DNA of 8,483 nucleotides from NCBI GenBank assembly GCA_042217545.1, contig JBDGSM010000040.1, forward strand, positions 1 to 8,483, written 5' to 3'. The notes under the pieces are model-generated. The model was given only the letters and a program-made list of their open reading frames with translations. It did no database searches and was not told the origin of the DNA. The translations under genes and the position numbers were made by a program. Each line of letters begins with the position of its first letter. Within the stretch, counting starts at the first letter, position 1. This DNA is from Candidatus Nanohalobium sp. Its GTDB lineage: Archaea > Nanohalarchaeota > Nanosalinia > Nanosalinales > Nanosalinaceae. Shown here piece by piece: positions 1-7,347 of this stretch.

Positions 1-532
1 TTCTGCAGTGCCAGAGCCCTTTCAGCTGGTTCTGTGCTTTCTGCTCTGCTTCCAGGAATTTCTGTTTTTTGGTGAAGTCCGAGTCGTAGACGCGTGCGAG
101 GCCTTTTTTGACGAGCTGGTAGTTGAAGTTTTTCCCGTCTTTCATGATGTAGCCGAGCAGTCTTCCGTAGGCGCCTCTTACGTCGCTCCTGGGGTCGGTG
201 GTGAAGTTTATCCTGGCGTTTGACAGTTTTTTCTTGGCGAAGTTTGAGGCTCTGTGACCCCATTTTCTGAGGCAGTTTTTTCCCTCCTGGTTGTCCGGGA
301 TTTTTTCGAATTCTCCGGGCGTGTTTTTCCCGTATACTTCAGGTGTGTCGACGCCGAGAAGTCTGACGGTGTCGGTACCTTTTCCTGTTTTGATGTCTAC
401 TGTGTCGCCGTCGGTTACATGCGTAATTTTTGTCTGCGTGGTCTGTCCGGTGTGTTTTCTCTGGATTCCTGTTGTGGTGCATGCCGAGGCAAGGAGTGTT
501 AGCAGGAGTAGCGGTGTAAGGCCTTTTCCCAT
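1..532 (-). CDS. Thermonuclease (staphylococcal nuclease/SNase family), predicted lipoprotein; 3' end runs off the window
   Basis: Manual translation from ATG at 532: MGKGLTPLLLLTLLASAC-TTTG...ITHVTDGDTVDI...VRLLGVDTPE...DVRGAYGRLLGYI...NYQLVKKGLARVY...AQNQLKGLWHCR. This has the SNase motifs DGDT, RLxGVDTPE, YGRxL and GLW, plus a hydrophobic signal with a lipobox-like LASAC. There is no stop in the window, which likely explains its absence from the ORF track. Confidence 0.93.
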   Translation of the reverse strand, partial: MGKGLTPLLLLTLLASACTTTGIQRKHTGQTTQTKITHVTDGDTVDIKTGKGTDTVRLLGVDTPEVYGKNTPGEFEKIPDNQEGKNCLRKWGHRASNFAKKKLSNARINFTTDPRSDVRGAYGRLLGYIMKDGKNFNYQLVKKGLARVYDSDFTKKQKFLEAEQKAQNQLKGLWHCR

Positions 533-602
533 ATTTGTTTTTCTGTGCTCTGACCGTTTTTAGGGGTTAGAGTTAAGTTTCTCTCCGGGGAATTTTCTGT
601 GT

Positions 603-815
603 ATGGTTTACGAGGTAAAGTGTTCGAACTGTGGTGAGGTCTTGAATTTTGGAGGTAAGGATCCGGATGAGAAGTTCGGTGAGGAGGAGAAGATCCCTGA
701 GAATGCTATCGAGTTTGATGGTAGTGTTTACTGCCGGAGCTGTGTAAGTGAGCTTATCGAGTTCGGTGCCCAGGAAGTCCTGGAGCGTCTTGAAAGTCTT
801 GAAGAAGATTATTGA
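603..815 (+). CDS. Small acidic zinc-finger protein (two CxxC motifs), function unknown
   Basis: 70 aa with CSNC and YCRSC motifs and an acidic composition like the host proteome. It fills the gap between the divergent nuclease and the convergent sepF. A TTAAG TATA-like motif lies about 30 nt upstream. Confidence 0.75.
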   Translation: MVYEVKCSNCGEVLNFGGKDPDEKFGEEEKIPENAIEFDGSVYCRSCVSELIEFGAQEVLERLESLEEDY

Positions 816-851
816 TATGTAGGCCTCTTGAAGGGGTCTTGGAAGGTTTTT

Positions 852-1223
852 TTACTTGCTGTTGACTTTGTCGCTGGTTCTCTCGATTCTTGCGTATTCC
901 GGTGTGACGACTACCCAGTCTTCGTCGACGCCTGCGATATCTCCGTCGACTGCTTTGACTGTTTTCTTCAGTCTTTTGACCGCTCTCTTGAGTTTGGACA
1001 TGTCCCTGTTCTTCAGGGGTTTGATGTTCACCCAGACGATGTGGTCGTTTCGGAGATGGTTCTGTACGTTTTCTACGTCGTCGAATTCTTTCAGCGTTTC
1101 TGCTCTGACCACTACTTTTCTTTCTCGTTCGGATACTTCCGCGTCAAGTTCCACTAATTCGTCTTCTATTACTTCGCCGTCATCAGAATCTTCGCCTTCT
1201 TTCTTGAGAAACCCCAGTGCCAT
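852..1223 (-). CDS. sepF: Archaeal cell division protein SepF
   Basis: Amphipathic N-terminus (MALGFLKK), acidic linker and SepF core (L..F.DV..V...LR...IV.VNI.PL......L...V..LK......GDIAG...D.VVVTP...RI). SD GAGGTAA lies upstream. Confidence 0.9.
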   Translation of the reverse strand: MALGFLKKEGEDSDDGEVIEDELVELDAEVSERERKVVVRAETLKEFDDVENVQNHLRNDHIVWVNIKPLKNRDMSKLKRAVKRLKKTVKAVDGDIAGVDEDWVVVTPEYARIERTSDKVNSK

Positions 1224-1347
1224 AGATTTGATTACCTCTTAGTTAATAAGCACCAACTGATTTTTTTATAGCTTACCGCAGGGCAGGTCGGGAAAGGAGT
1301 AAGATAGGGGGATGTAGAAATGAACGGGAGGGAAAATGTTGAGGTGA

Positions 1348-1593
1348 TCAGTCCAGGCTTTCAACTTTGGACGCCAGGTTCCAGATCTCTGTCCTGGTGT
1401 GCTGCCTGATGTTAGGATCGTTGCTTATCTTGTCCAGGATGGAGGAAGCCGAGTTAACACGGATAGAAAGATCCTTGTCATCGTCTTCAAGTTCCTGAGC
1501 TGCTTCCTCAAGCATCTCGGAGACGTTGGACGGCACTGCGTCTTTCTCTGCCTGATCACGCATTCTCTGAACTACTGAAGGTACTGAACTCAT
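1348..1593 (-). CDS. UPF0147 family protein
   Basis: D..VP.NV near the N-terminus and the C-terminal signature ISNDPNI.QHTRTEIWN. SD AGGTGA lies upstream. Confidence 0.88.
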   Translation of the reverse strand: MSSVPSVVQRMRDQAEKDAVPSNVSEMLEEAAQELEDDDKDLSIRVNSASSILDKISNDPNIRQHTRTEIWNLASKVESLD

Positions 1594-1607
1594 GGAGCAT
1601 TCACCTT

Positions 1608-1946
1608 TTACTCCATGCTCTGGGAGAACTGGCTCTGGCTTTCTTTTATCTTGTCTTCAAGCTGTCCTTCCTTCTTCTCAAGGCCTTCCATTCTTACATT
1701 CAGGTCTTCCTTTCTCTCCTCAAGTTCGTCCTCGAGTTCTTCTCTTTCACGTGCAACCATGATCTCGCCTACCTGCCTGAAGACTTCGTCGCCCTCAGTC
1801 TTATCCAGCTCATTCAATGCTTTCTTGATGCCCTGGAGCTCTGTCTCTGTCTGCTCCTTCTGCTGGGCGATCTCCTGCATCTGCTGCTGGTTTTGCTGCA
1901 TCTGCATCATAAGCTGCTGCGCATCCTGCTGCTCTTCTTCTGACAT
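1608..1946 (-). CDS. pfdB: Prefoldin subunit beta
   Basis: Coiled coil - beta hairpin (EVFRQVGEIMV) - coiled coil architecture, in its usual superoperon position after pcc1. SD GAGGTGA at 1954-1960. Confidence 0.92.
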   Translation of the reverse strand: MSEEEQQDAQQLMMQMQQNQQQMQEIAQQKEQTETELQGIKKALNELDKTEGDEVFRQVGEIMVAREREELEDELEERKEDLNVRMEGLEKKEGQLEDKIKESQSQFSQSME

Positions 1947-1959
1947 AAATTATTCACCT

Positions 1960-2172
1960 CTAGTATAGTTTACGTGCCAAAGTCGTCAACCTGAAGACTG
2001 TATCCGTACACCCTCTCAATGGGCCAAGGCCTTCAGTAACGACCTCGATCCTGACTTTGTCCTTCATGGCCTCGAATTCGTACTGAACTGTGTCGTCCGA
2101 ACTCAGTGAAGGCCTCAAAATTTCGATCAGTTCTTGAGACCTTTCAGCTTCTATCTCTACCGCCGTGTTCAT
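1960..2172 (-). CDS. pcc1: KEOPS complex subunit Pcc1
   Basis: 70 aa with a beta-alpha-beta-beta-alpha pattern and an LR...T.FRL C-terminal helix. It lies between rpoP and pfdB as expected, with an ATGA overlap to rpoP. The sequence is divergent, so the call relies partly on synteny. Confidence 0.75.
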   Translation of the reverse strand: MNTAVEIEAERSQELIEILRPSLSSDDTVQYEFEAMKDKVRIEVVTEGLGPLRGCTDTVFRLTTLARKLY

Positions 2173-2306
2173 ACTGCTTCTACGGTGTCGGGGTCGTCAG
2201 GCCTCGTCTTGAGGAGGACTCTGTGACTGCATTTAGGACAGATAACTTTCTCCTCTACAGGGTCGATCTCCACTACTTCCTCGCAGTTGACGCATACGTA
2301 ACTCAT
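2169..2306 (-). CDS. rpoP: DNA-directed RNA polymerase subunit P (Rpo12)
   Basis: Manual translation: MSYVCVNCEEVVEIDPVEEKVICPKCSHRVLLKTRPDDPDTVEAV (45 aa). YxCxxC...CPxC..RVLxKxR zinc ribbon, directly after rpl37ae. Absent from the ORF track, probably because it is short. Confidence 0.95.
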   Translation of the reverse strand: MSYVCVNCEEVVEIDPVEEKVICPKCSHRVLLKTRPDDPDTVEAV

Positions 2307-2311
2307 GTTTT

Positions 2312-2605
2312 CTAGGCCTCGATCTCTTCTTTGGCTTCTTCAAGCTCTTCGAGCTCTTCCTCGCCGAGTTCAAGGGCTTTTTTCATCTGTTCCTTTGCGC
2401 CTGTGTCCATGTCGTAGGCTCCGCCTGCGGTCTTCTGTCCGCATTTTCTGCATTCCCAGATTCCTGCTGCGTTTCTCTCTACTTTTCCTGATCCGCATTC
2501 CGGGCATTCTACATCTTCAGTGTCTTCTGCTTCGTCTACGTTCTTTCTGATCCTGCTTCCGTACCTGGAGCCGAATCTTTTCGCTGACTTGTTGCTACGT
2601 GGCAT
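2312..2605 (-). CDS. rpl37ae: 50S ribosomal protein L37ae (eL43) with acidic C-terminal tail
   Basis: RFGSRYG, CPECG...V.R.AAGIWECRKCG...AGGAY motifs. Confidence 0.96.
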   Translation of the reverse strand: MPRSNKSAKRFGSRYGSRIRKNVDEAEDTEDVECPECGSGKVERNAAGIWECRKCGQKTAGGAYDMDTGAKEQMKKALELGEEELEELEEAKEEIEA

Positions 2606-2659
2606 TTTTTATTCACCTGTTTAGATTGTTTGTAAGAGGAATATGGAGGGGAAGATTTT

Positions 2660-3451
2660 TTATTCCCCTACCTCCTCTTCGACGATTTCACGGAGTTTTT
2701 CGATCTTCTCGTCCGCTTCCGTCATGATCTGGGAAAGCTCGTCGCTTGTGAAAGGCTCAGATTCTCCCTTCTGCATCGCGACAACGTTTCCATCCTTCTT
2801 CTTGGAAACTGTCAGGCGTGCGTCGAGAGCTTTCTCCTCTTCACCGGTTGTGTCCCAGAGAAGAGTGCTACCGATCTTCCGTCCTGTGACAGTGATCGGT
2901 TCGCACTGGAGTTCGATGTCCTTCCACTTCTCATCCCTGTTCAGTTCTCCTGCTTCCTCATCGTAGGCAGGCAGGTAACCGGACTTCAGTGCTGCCATAG
3001 CGGCAAGACTTGAAGCATCGATCAGGTTACCGTCGTCGTTGAGAACGTGGATGTCGATGAAGACAGTGTAAACCTTCTCTCCCGGTTCCATACAGAGATC
3101 GTTCAGGTCGATAGCTTCCGCTTCCCTGATGCCTCTGTCAACAACTCTTGCAAGCTCTACGCCTGCTTCCTGTGGAGGGCCTGACTCGTACTCACGCTTT
3201 GCCATAGGTGCGAGCTCTGCGTTCGTAACGATCGTTCCCTTCTCAGGCCTGTCGCTGTAAGGCTCCTCGATCTCGATGGAGAGGCCTACAAGGACCTTTG
3301 TATCTCCAATCTGGACGAGTGCGGAACCTTCAGATGTTTCATGGATGTAACCGGTCTCGACTTCGATATCTCTGAAACTGTCAAAGTCTCTGCCGTCTAG
3401 TCTTTCTCCTCCTTCCGCCATTTCGCGGATTGTTTTCTGGTTGAGTTTCAT
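2660..3451 (-). CDS. rrp42: Exosome complex component Rrp42
   Basis: RNase PH fold motifs: RLDGR...FR, EGSALV.IG.T.V, PYSDRP..G, E.GPP...VELARVVDRGIRE, DGNLIDA, VAMQKG. Confidence 0.96.
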   Translation of the reverse strand: MKLNQKTIREMAEGGERLDGRDFDSFRDIEVETGYIHETSEGSALVQIGDTKVLVGLSIEIEEPYSDRPEKGTIVTNAELAPMAKREYESGPPQEAGVELARVVDRGIREAEAIDLNDLCMEPGEKVYTVFIDIHVLNDDGNLIDASSLAAMAALKSGYLPAYDEEAGELNRDEKWKDIELQCEPITVTGRKIGSTLLWDTTGEEEKALDARLTVSKKKDGNVVAMQKGESEPFTSDELSQIMTEADEKIEKLREIVEEEVGE

Positions 3452-3507
3452 TCGAAATCACCTCCGGTGATTTCTGCATGTCCAGAAAATCTTTGATTTT
3501 CGAACAT
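3448..3507 (-). other. 19-codon mini-ORF (MFENQRFSGHAEITGGDFE) bridging the rrp41 stop and the rrp42 start
   Basis: ATG overlaps the rrp41 TAA (TAATG) and is preceded by a perfect GGAGGTGA. Its TGA overlaps the rrp42 ATG (ATGA). Translation is not demonstrated. Confidence 0.5.
3451..3504. repeat. Bipartite palindromic intergenic element, copy 1
   Basis: TTC-GAAATCACC-TCC-GGTGATTTC-TG CATGTC CA-GAAAATC-TTT-GATTTTC-GAA. Two perfect inverted repeats (9 bp and 7 bp), bounded by the outer inverted repeat TTCGAAA/TTTCGAA. Confidence 0.85.
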
Positions 3508-4268
3508 TATTCGTCACCTCCTCTGAGTGCTTCGTATTTTTCAAGCATTGCTTCCTGCTGCATCTCGTGGAGCTGCATACATCCGTCCTTTGCGAGTTCG
3601 ACGCAGTCCTCTACCTGTTCCTGGGTTAGGTCTCCGTCCATCTGGAGAAGGGTGATCTCGTCTCCCCTGCTTTCTCCATCCTCGCTGTAGTTGATCAAAG
3701 CGATCGGGATGTCTGCATTTCCTTCCTTGTCCTCTTTACCGTTGACGTCGAGGACAGGCGTATCATCGACAACTCCTGCTGCACAGGCTGAAACCATTCC
3801 CTTCATAGGGATGCCGGCGTCAGCAAGTGCGAGAGCAGCTGCCGTGATGCCTGTAACTCTTGTTCCTCCGTCGGATTCGACTACCTCCATTGAGATGTCG
3901 ATTCCAGCGGTAGGAAAACGCTCCAGCTCGATAGCTGGTTCAAGAGCCTTCTTTGCTACAAGGCCTATCTCCTTCGCCCTCCTGTTAGGGCCTGGACTCA
4001 TGCGGTCGTCCACGGAGAAAGGCGCCATGTTGTAACGCATCTTGATAACTGCTCTGTCGGATTCCTGAAGGTGCTTAGGGTGTAGCTCCTGAGGTCCGAA
4101 GACTGAAGCAACAACCCTCGTGTTGCCGCATTCGACCATCGCGGAACCATCCGCTTCATTCAGCACGTCAACTTCCATGCTGATCTCTCTCAGTTCGTTC
4201 TTCTCTCTTCCGTCTACACGTTTTCCTTCGTCGTCAAACCATTCGATATCTTTATCTGAACTTGTCAT
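3507..4268 (-). CDS. rrp41: Exosome complex exonuclease Rrp41
   Basis: RVDGR...ELR, ADGSA.VE.G.T.V.A.V.GP.E.HP.H, YNMAPFSV.DR..PGP.RR..E, SDGGTR and LD....ED motifs. The phosphate-binding arginines and catalytic acidic residues appear intact. Confidence 0.97.
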   Translation of the reverse strand: MTSSDKDIEWFDDEGKRVDGREKNELREISMEVDVLNEADGSAMVECGNTRVVASVFGPQELHPKHLQESDRAVIKMRYNMAPFSVDDRMSPGPNRRAKEIGLVAKKALEPAIELERFPTAGIDISMEVVESDGGTRVTGITAAALALADAGIPMKGMVSACAAGVVDDTPVLDVNGKEDKEGNADIPIALINYSEDGESRGDEITLLQMDGDLTQEQVEDCVELAKDGCMQLHEMQQEAMLEKYEALRGGDE

Positions 4269-4967
4269 TTATTCATCACCCTCGATCTTTTCGAGTTCTG
4301 CGTCAAGCCATTCAGCCATCTTCTCGGTAAGGCCTTCTGTATGGGCCTCGCGCTCGACTTTCTTGACAGCTCTCGCTGCAAGATTGGCTTTATCGCCTGA
4401 AATCCAGGCCTGTCCGTTCTGTCCAACGATGATGTTGCAGCTGGTCTTCTCGTTGATCTGCTTGACCATTGTTCCCTTCTTACCGATTACACGGGGAACC
4501 TTCGAAGGCGCGATCTCGATAATCCTTCCGCCTTCAAGCTTCCTGCATCTCTTGTCGGTCATCGTAAGATCGACATCCATACCTTCTGTGACTGACTTGA
4601 CCTTGATGACGACAGCATCTCCAACTTCGTAGAAATCAGTTAGATCGTCCTCGTCAAGATCGACGTACTCGTCCGTAGCGTCGGCGATGTTCAAACTTCC
4701 CTCGTAAGCGGAGTTGAACTCGACGCTCCAGCGAGAGTAACTGACCCTCGTGATCTCGCCGATAATCGTATCGCCCTCGCTAGGCATGTAACGGCCGGAC
4801 ATAGGCCTTACCTCGACTTCCTGTCCATGGTAATGGACAGTGCCCAGGTACTCTGAATAGATTTTATTATTTTCTTCGTAAGCACCAGAAGTCGCAGACA
4901 AAGCATCTGCATCGCTTATTACATCTCCTGGAGTTACAAGGTCATCTTCTTCTTTCACACGTGACAT
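4269..4967 (-). CDS. rrp4: Exosome RNA-binding subunit Rrp4 (S1 + KH domains)
   Basis: LVTPGD, GRY.P..GD.IIG, KVPRVIGKKG.M and IIVGQNG..WI motifs. SD GAGGTAA lies upstream. Confidence 0.96.
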   Translation of the reverse strand: MSRVKEEDDLVTPGDVISDADALSATSGAYEENNKIYSEYLGTVHYHGQEVEVRPMSGRYMPSEGDTIIGEITRVSYSRWSVEFNSAYEGSLNIADATDEYVDLDEDDLTDFYEVGDAVVIKVKSVTEGMDVDLTMTDKRCRKLEGGRIIEIAPSKVPRVIGKKGTMVKQINEKTSCNIIVGQNGQAWISGDKANLAARAVKKVEREAHTEGLTEKMAEWLDAELEKIEGDE

Positions 4968-5030
4968 AAATTGTATTACCTCAAACTTCGTTCAAACTAG
5001 AAAATAGTTCTTTGTATACAGTAAACCGGA

Positions 5031-5047
5031 CGAAAACTTTTTATATT
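5031..5047. promoter_or_regulatory. Archaeal BRE/TATA-like element in the SBDS-rrp4 spacer, orientation ambiguous
   Basis: Reads CGAAAAC-TTTTTATAT on + (BRE plus TATA) and ATATAAAAAG on - (could drive rrp4). Confidence 0.45.
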
Positions 5048-5076
5048 CGCCTCAACGCCCACTGCAGATACAGCAC

Positions 5077-5118
5077 TCGAAAATCTGAGATTTTCTTTGT
5101 TCCCAGAAAAAATCTTCT
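5077..5118. repeat. Bipartite palindromic intergenic element, degenerate copy 3
   Basis: TC-GAAAATCT-G-AGATTTTC-T...CCAGAAAAAATCTTCT. The first inverted repeat is perfect (8 bp) and nearly identical to arm 2 of copy 1. The second half is decayed. Confidence 0.6.
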
Positions 5119-5794
5119 AGGCCTCGGTAACCTCTGACTCGCCGCCGGTTATCTCCTGGATCTTCTCCATCAGTTCTGTAAGGACTCCAGCGGGGACCTT
5201 GATCTTCGCGAAGAAGTACTCGTTGCCCCACTGCTCCTCCAGGACTTCAGCGGTCTGCTGTATAGTATCATAGGCCTTCCCCGCCTTGTCGTTCGGTATC
5301 TTTATAGCGACCTGCTTCTCGTCAAGTGAGACAGGGATTATAGGCCTTATCGCGTCGATGGCCTCGTCGAACTGCTCCTCAACGTCCTTCATGGCGTCGG
5401 CGTTGAAGCCTGCTTCCTCAAGAGCGTTCTCAACTCTCTGTGGTGGGTGTGGGTTCCCTGTCTTCGGGTCCTGTGCTCTTCTGGCGATCATGCTTACGAT
5501 CTGCTTATGCTTCTCCTCGCGCATCTGCTTCTTCTGCTCGGTGGTCAACTGCATGTCTCCTTTCTCGAAGATCTCCTCTGCGGCCTTCATGATCTGCCGT
5601 GTACCGAAATCCTCTTCAAGATCCTCCGCAGAAGCACGTTTTCCCTCTCCGGCGTCTTCAAACACTTCCTGGACGAAGAGAAGTCTCTGAATATCATGAT
5701 CCTTGGCTTCAAGCTTCGCCTCCTTGGCCAACTCCGGCTCTACAAGTATCTCGTATCCCTGGTACCGGACCTTGATCGCATCAGAAGTATCCAT
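5117..5794 (-). CDS. sdo1: Ribosome maturation protein SBDS/Sdo1 (start corrected to ATG at 5794)
   Basis: YEILVEP, VF.DA..G.RAS...L...FGT, I..KG..QLT.EQ, DPKT..PHPP.R.ENALEEA and IRPIIP motifs. The 41-aa extension in the ORF track overlaps the upstream gene and does not resemble the family. Confidence 0.95.
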   Translation of the reverse strand: MDTSDAIKVRYQGYEILVEPELAKEAKLEAKDHDIQRLLFVQEVFEDAGEGKRASAEDLEEDFGTRQIMKAAEEIFEKGDMQLTTEQKKQMREEKHKQIVSMIARRAQDPKTGNPHPPQRVENALEEAGFNADAMKDVEEQFDEAIDAIRPIIPVSLDEKQVAIKIPNDKAGKAYDTIQQTAEVLEEQWGNEYFFAKIKVPAGVLTELMEKIQEITGGESEVTEA

Positions 5795-5816
5795 AACCAA
5801 ATAGGAGGCCTTTTTC

Positions 5817-5832
5817 TTTAAACCTGTTTTCC
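5817..5832 (-). promoter_or_regulatory. Putative BRE/TATA for a leaderless SBDS transcript
   Basis: The minus strand reads GGAAAACAGG-TTTAAA, with the TATA-like hexamer 23-28 nt upstream of ATG 5794 and no SD. Confidence 0.55.
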
Positions 5833-6203
5833 TAGTCCCGATGTATATACCTGTCCTCGCCACCGAAGTAATTGCTCGGCAACCGGTAATAAAGCGGGTT
5901 CTCCGGTCCGTAGACAACAGCGTCCAGTATCAGGAATGCACCTGTCATCAGGACTGTGGCCGTGATTCCCGCGGCCAGAGAGACCAGGTAGTTCAGATGC
6001 GGAAGCCCCAGGAAATCCGGCACCCTGGAAAAAGCAAGGACTACGAAGCCTAGCATTATCATCTGGAAAGAAACCCGGACATCAAGGGCCTTGAAGCTGA
6101 GACGTGCGTAACTCTTCTGCTTCTCCCGCACTATCTGAAGTATGAAAAGACCTGAAAGCAGGATAAGAGGGAGGGTCATGTACGCCCCGATCATCGTCGC
6201 CAA
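5832..6203 (-). CDS. Small membrane protein, about 3 TM helices, unknown function (start TTG 6203 or ATG 6194)
   Basis: Three hydrophobic segments. GGAGGTG lies 7 nt before TTG 6203; alternatively ATG 6194 overlaps the upstream TGA (ATGA). Confidence 0.7.
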   Translation of the reverse strand: MATMIGAYMTLPLILLSGLFILQIVREKQKSYARLSFKALDVRVSFQMIMLGFVVLAFSRVPDFLGLPHLNYLVSLAAGITATVLMTGAFLILDAVVYGPENPLYYRLPSNYFGGEDRYIHRD

Positions 6204-6499
6204 GGCCTTCCACCTCCGGCCAGCCCGTTCAACAGGAAGAAAAACAGCATGTAAAGCAGCAACGCAGTGTCAAAGGCGTAACCTCTCAAAACCTGTTTTC
6301 CAAGGCCTGTCAGGACTGTTCCCGTGAAGACCGCTAGCGAGCCCAGGAATGCAAGGCCGAAGACCAGCGTGGTCTTCTCCTTGTTCAGCTTCAGGAAAGT
6401 AGTGGACCGGTACTCGTTCCCGACCCAACCCTCCTGGAACTCCCAGACAAGGTAGGCCGTGAACAAAAGGCCTAGAGTCACGAAAGCGTCTTCAATCAT
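6191..6499 (-). CDS. Small membrane protein, about 3 TM helices, unknown function
   Basis: Three hydrophobic segments and a basic C-terminus (GRPWRR). Co-oriented and overlapping with the next gene, with an AT-rich upstream spacer. Confidence 0.7.
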   Translation of the reverse strand: MIEDAFVTLGLLFTAYLVWEFQEGWVGNEYRSTTFLKLNKEKTTLVFGLAFLGSLAVFTGTVLTGLGKQVLRGYAFDTALLLYMLFFFLLNGLAGGGRPWRR

Positions 6500-6556
6500 T
6501 AATTAATGAAATAAAAGTAGAGAAATATGAAAGCTTTGGAAAGAAAAAGGCCTTTC

Positions 6557-7267
6557 CTATAGGTCGACGTCAAGCTCTTCCAGTTCCTCGGGAGTTACAC
6601 GCTGGAAAAGCGATTCCTCGTCGACGGTCGACATCTCAACGTTCTCCGTCTCGATATCGTCCTCACCTTCCTTCAAAGCCCTCACAGCAAGCTCCATGGC
6701 CTCTTCCACGGAAAGATCCTCGCTCCAGTTCTCCTCAAGGTACTCATCCGCGTCTTCACCGCCCTTACCGATCGCGATAGCGTTCCACTCGGAAAGCGTA
6801 CCGGAAGGATCAGTATGGTAAACCTTGGTCTCACCGTCCTTCACACCGCCGGAGATCGTGGAAAGACCGTAAGGCCTTACACCTCCGTACTGCGTGAACT
6901 GCTGGCAACGGTCGGCGATAAATTTCGCAAGCACAGAAGTCGGGATGTCCTCATCGTAAGTCATCACATGCTTCTGCGCCTCGTTCCTCGCCTCTTCCAC
7001 GAGCGTTCTTCCGTCGGCTACGAGGCCTGAGGTCGCGACCCCGATATGCTCGTCGATCTTGAACACTTTCTCAGGATTCCTGACCTGAAGATCAGGGATA
7101 TTCCTCGTCGCCGCTAACACGACACCGTCCTCGTAGACAATGCCGAGAGCTGTAGCACCTTTTTTAACTGCTTCTTTAGCGTACTCGACCTGGAACAGAC
7201 GTCCATCAGGAGAGAAAATCGTCGCTCCACGGTCGTACTGCTGCTGTTGCTGATTAGTCATCTGCAT
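6557..7267 (-). CDS. psmA: Proteasome subunit alpha
   Basis: Signature YDR..TIFSPDGRLFQVEYA, plus KGAT.LG, SGLVADGR.LV, QYGGVRPYG, TDPSG and AIG.G motifs. Confidence 0.98.
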   Translation of the reverse strand: MQMTNQQQQQYDRGATIFSPDGRLFQVEYAKEAVKKGATALGIVYEDGVVLAATRNIPDLQVRNPEKVFKIDEHIGVATSGLVADGRTLVEEARNEAQKHVMTYDEDIPTSVLAKFIADRCQQFTQYGGVRPYGLSTISGGVKDGETKVYHTDPSGTLSEWNAIAIGKGGEDADEYLEENWSEDLSVEEAMELAVRALKEGEDDIETENVEMSTVDEESLFQRVTPEELEELDVDL

Positions 7268-7279
7268 AATTTAATTGAG

Positions 7280-7325
7280 CCTCCGTTCGTTTATACAAAA
7301 GAAAGGCCTTGGAAAGCTTAAAAGG
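7280..7325. promoter_or_regulatory. Divergent promoter region between psmA and the PHP gene
   Basis: On +, GAAAG-CTTAAAAG lies about 25-30 nt before ATG 7348. On -, TATAAA (7290-7295) and GGAGG (7280-7284) lie before the psmA ATG. Confidence 0.5.
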
Positions 7326-7347
7326 GTTACAGAACTTACCTAACATA

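Noticed and set aside
1860..1935. CAG-rich repeats in pfdB (also the poly-Q at the psmA N-terminus, 7238-7252)
   Set aside because: These are imperfect, in-frame Gln-rich coding segments typical of coiled coils or N-terminal tails, not a contingency repeat or array.
5795..5917. 41-aa N-terminal extension of SBDS in the ORF track
   Set aside because: It overlaps the upstream membrane gene and a TATA-like box. Family similarity begins at MDTSDA.
8..7030. Many plus-strand ORFs in the track (e.g. 8-223, 254-502, 828-1157, 856-1242, 1615-1968, 2643-2966, 3691-4035, 4120-4632, 5286-5690, 5447-5821, 6815-7030)
   Set aside because: They are antisense shadows of well-supported minus-strand genes, with Ser/Phe/Leu-rich composition and no family motifs.
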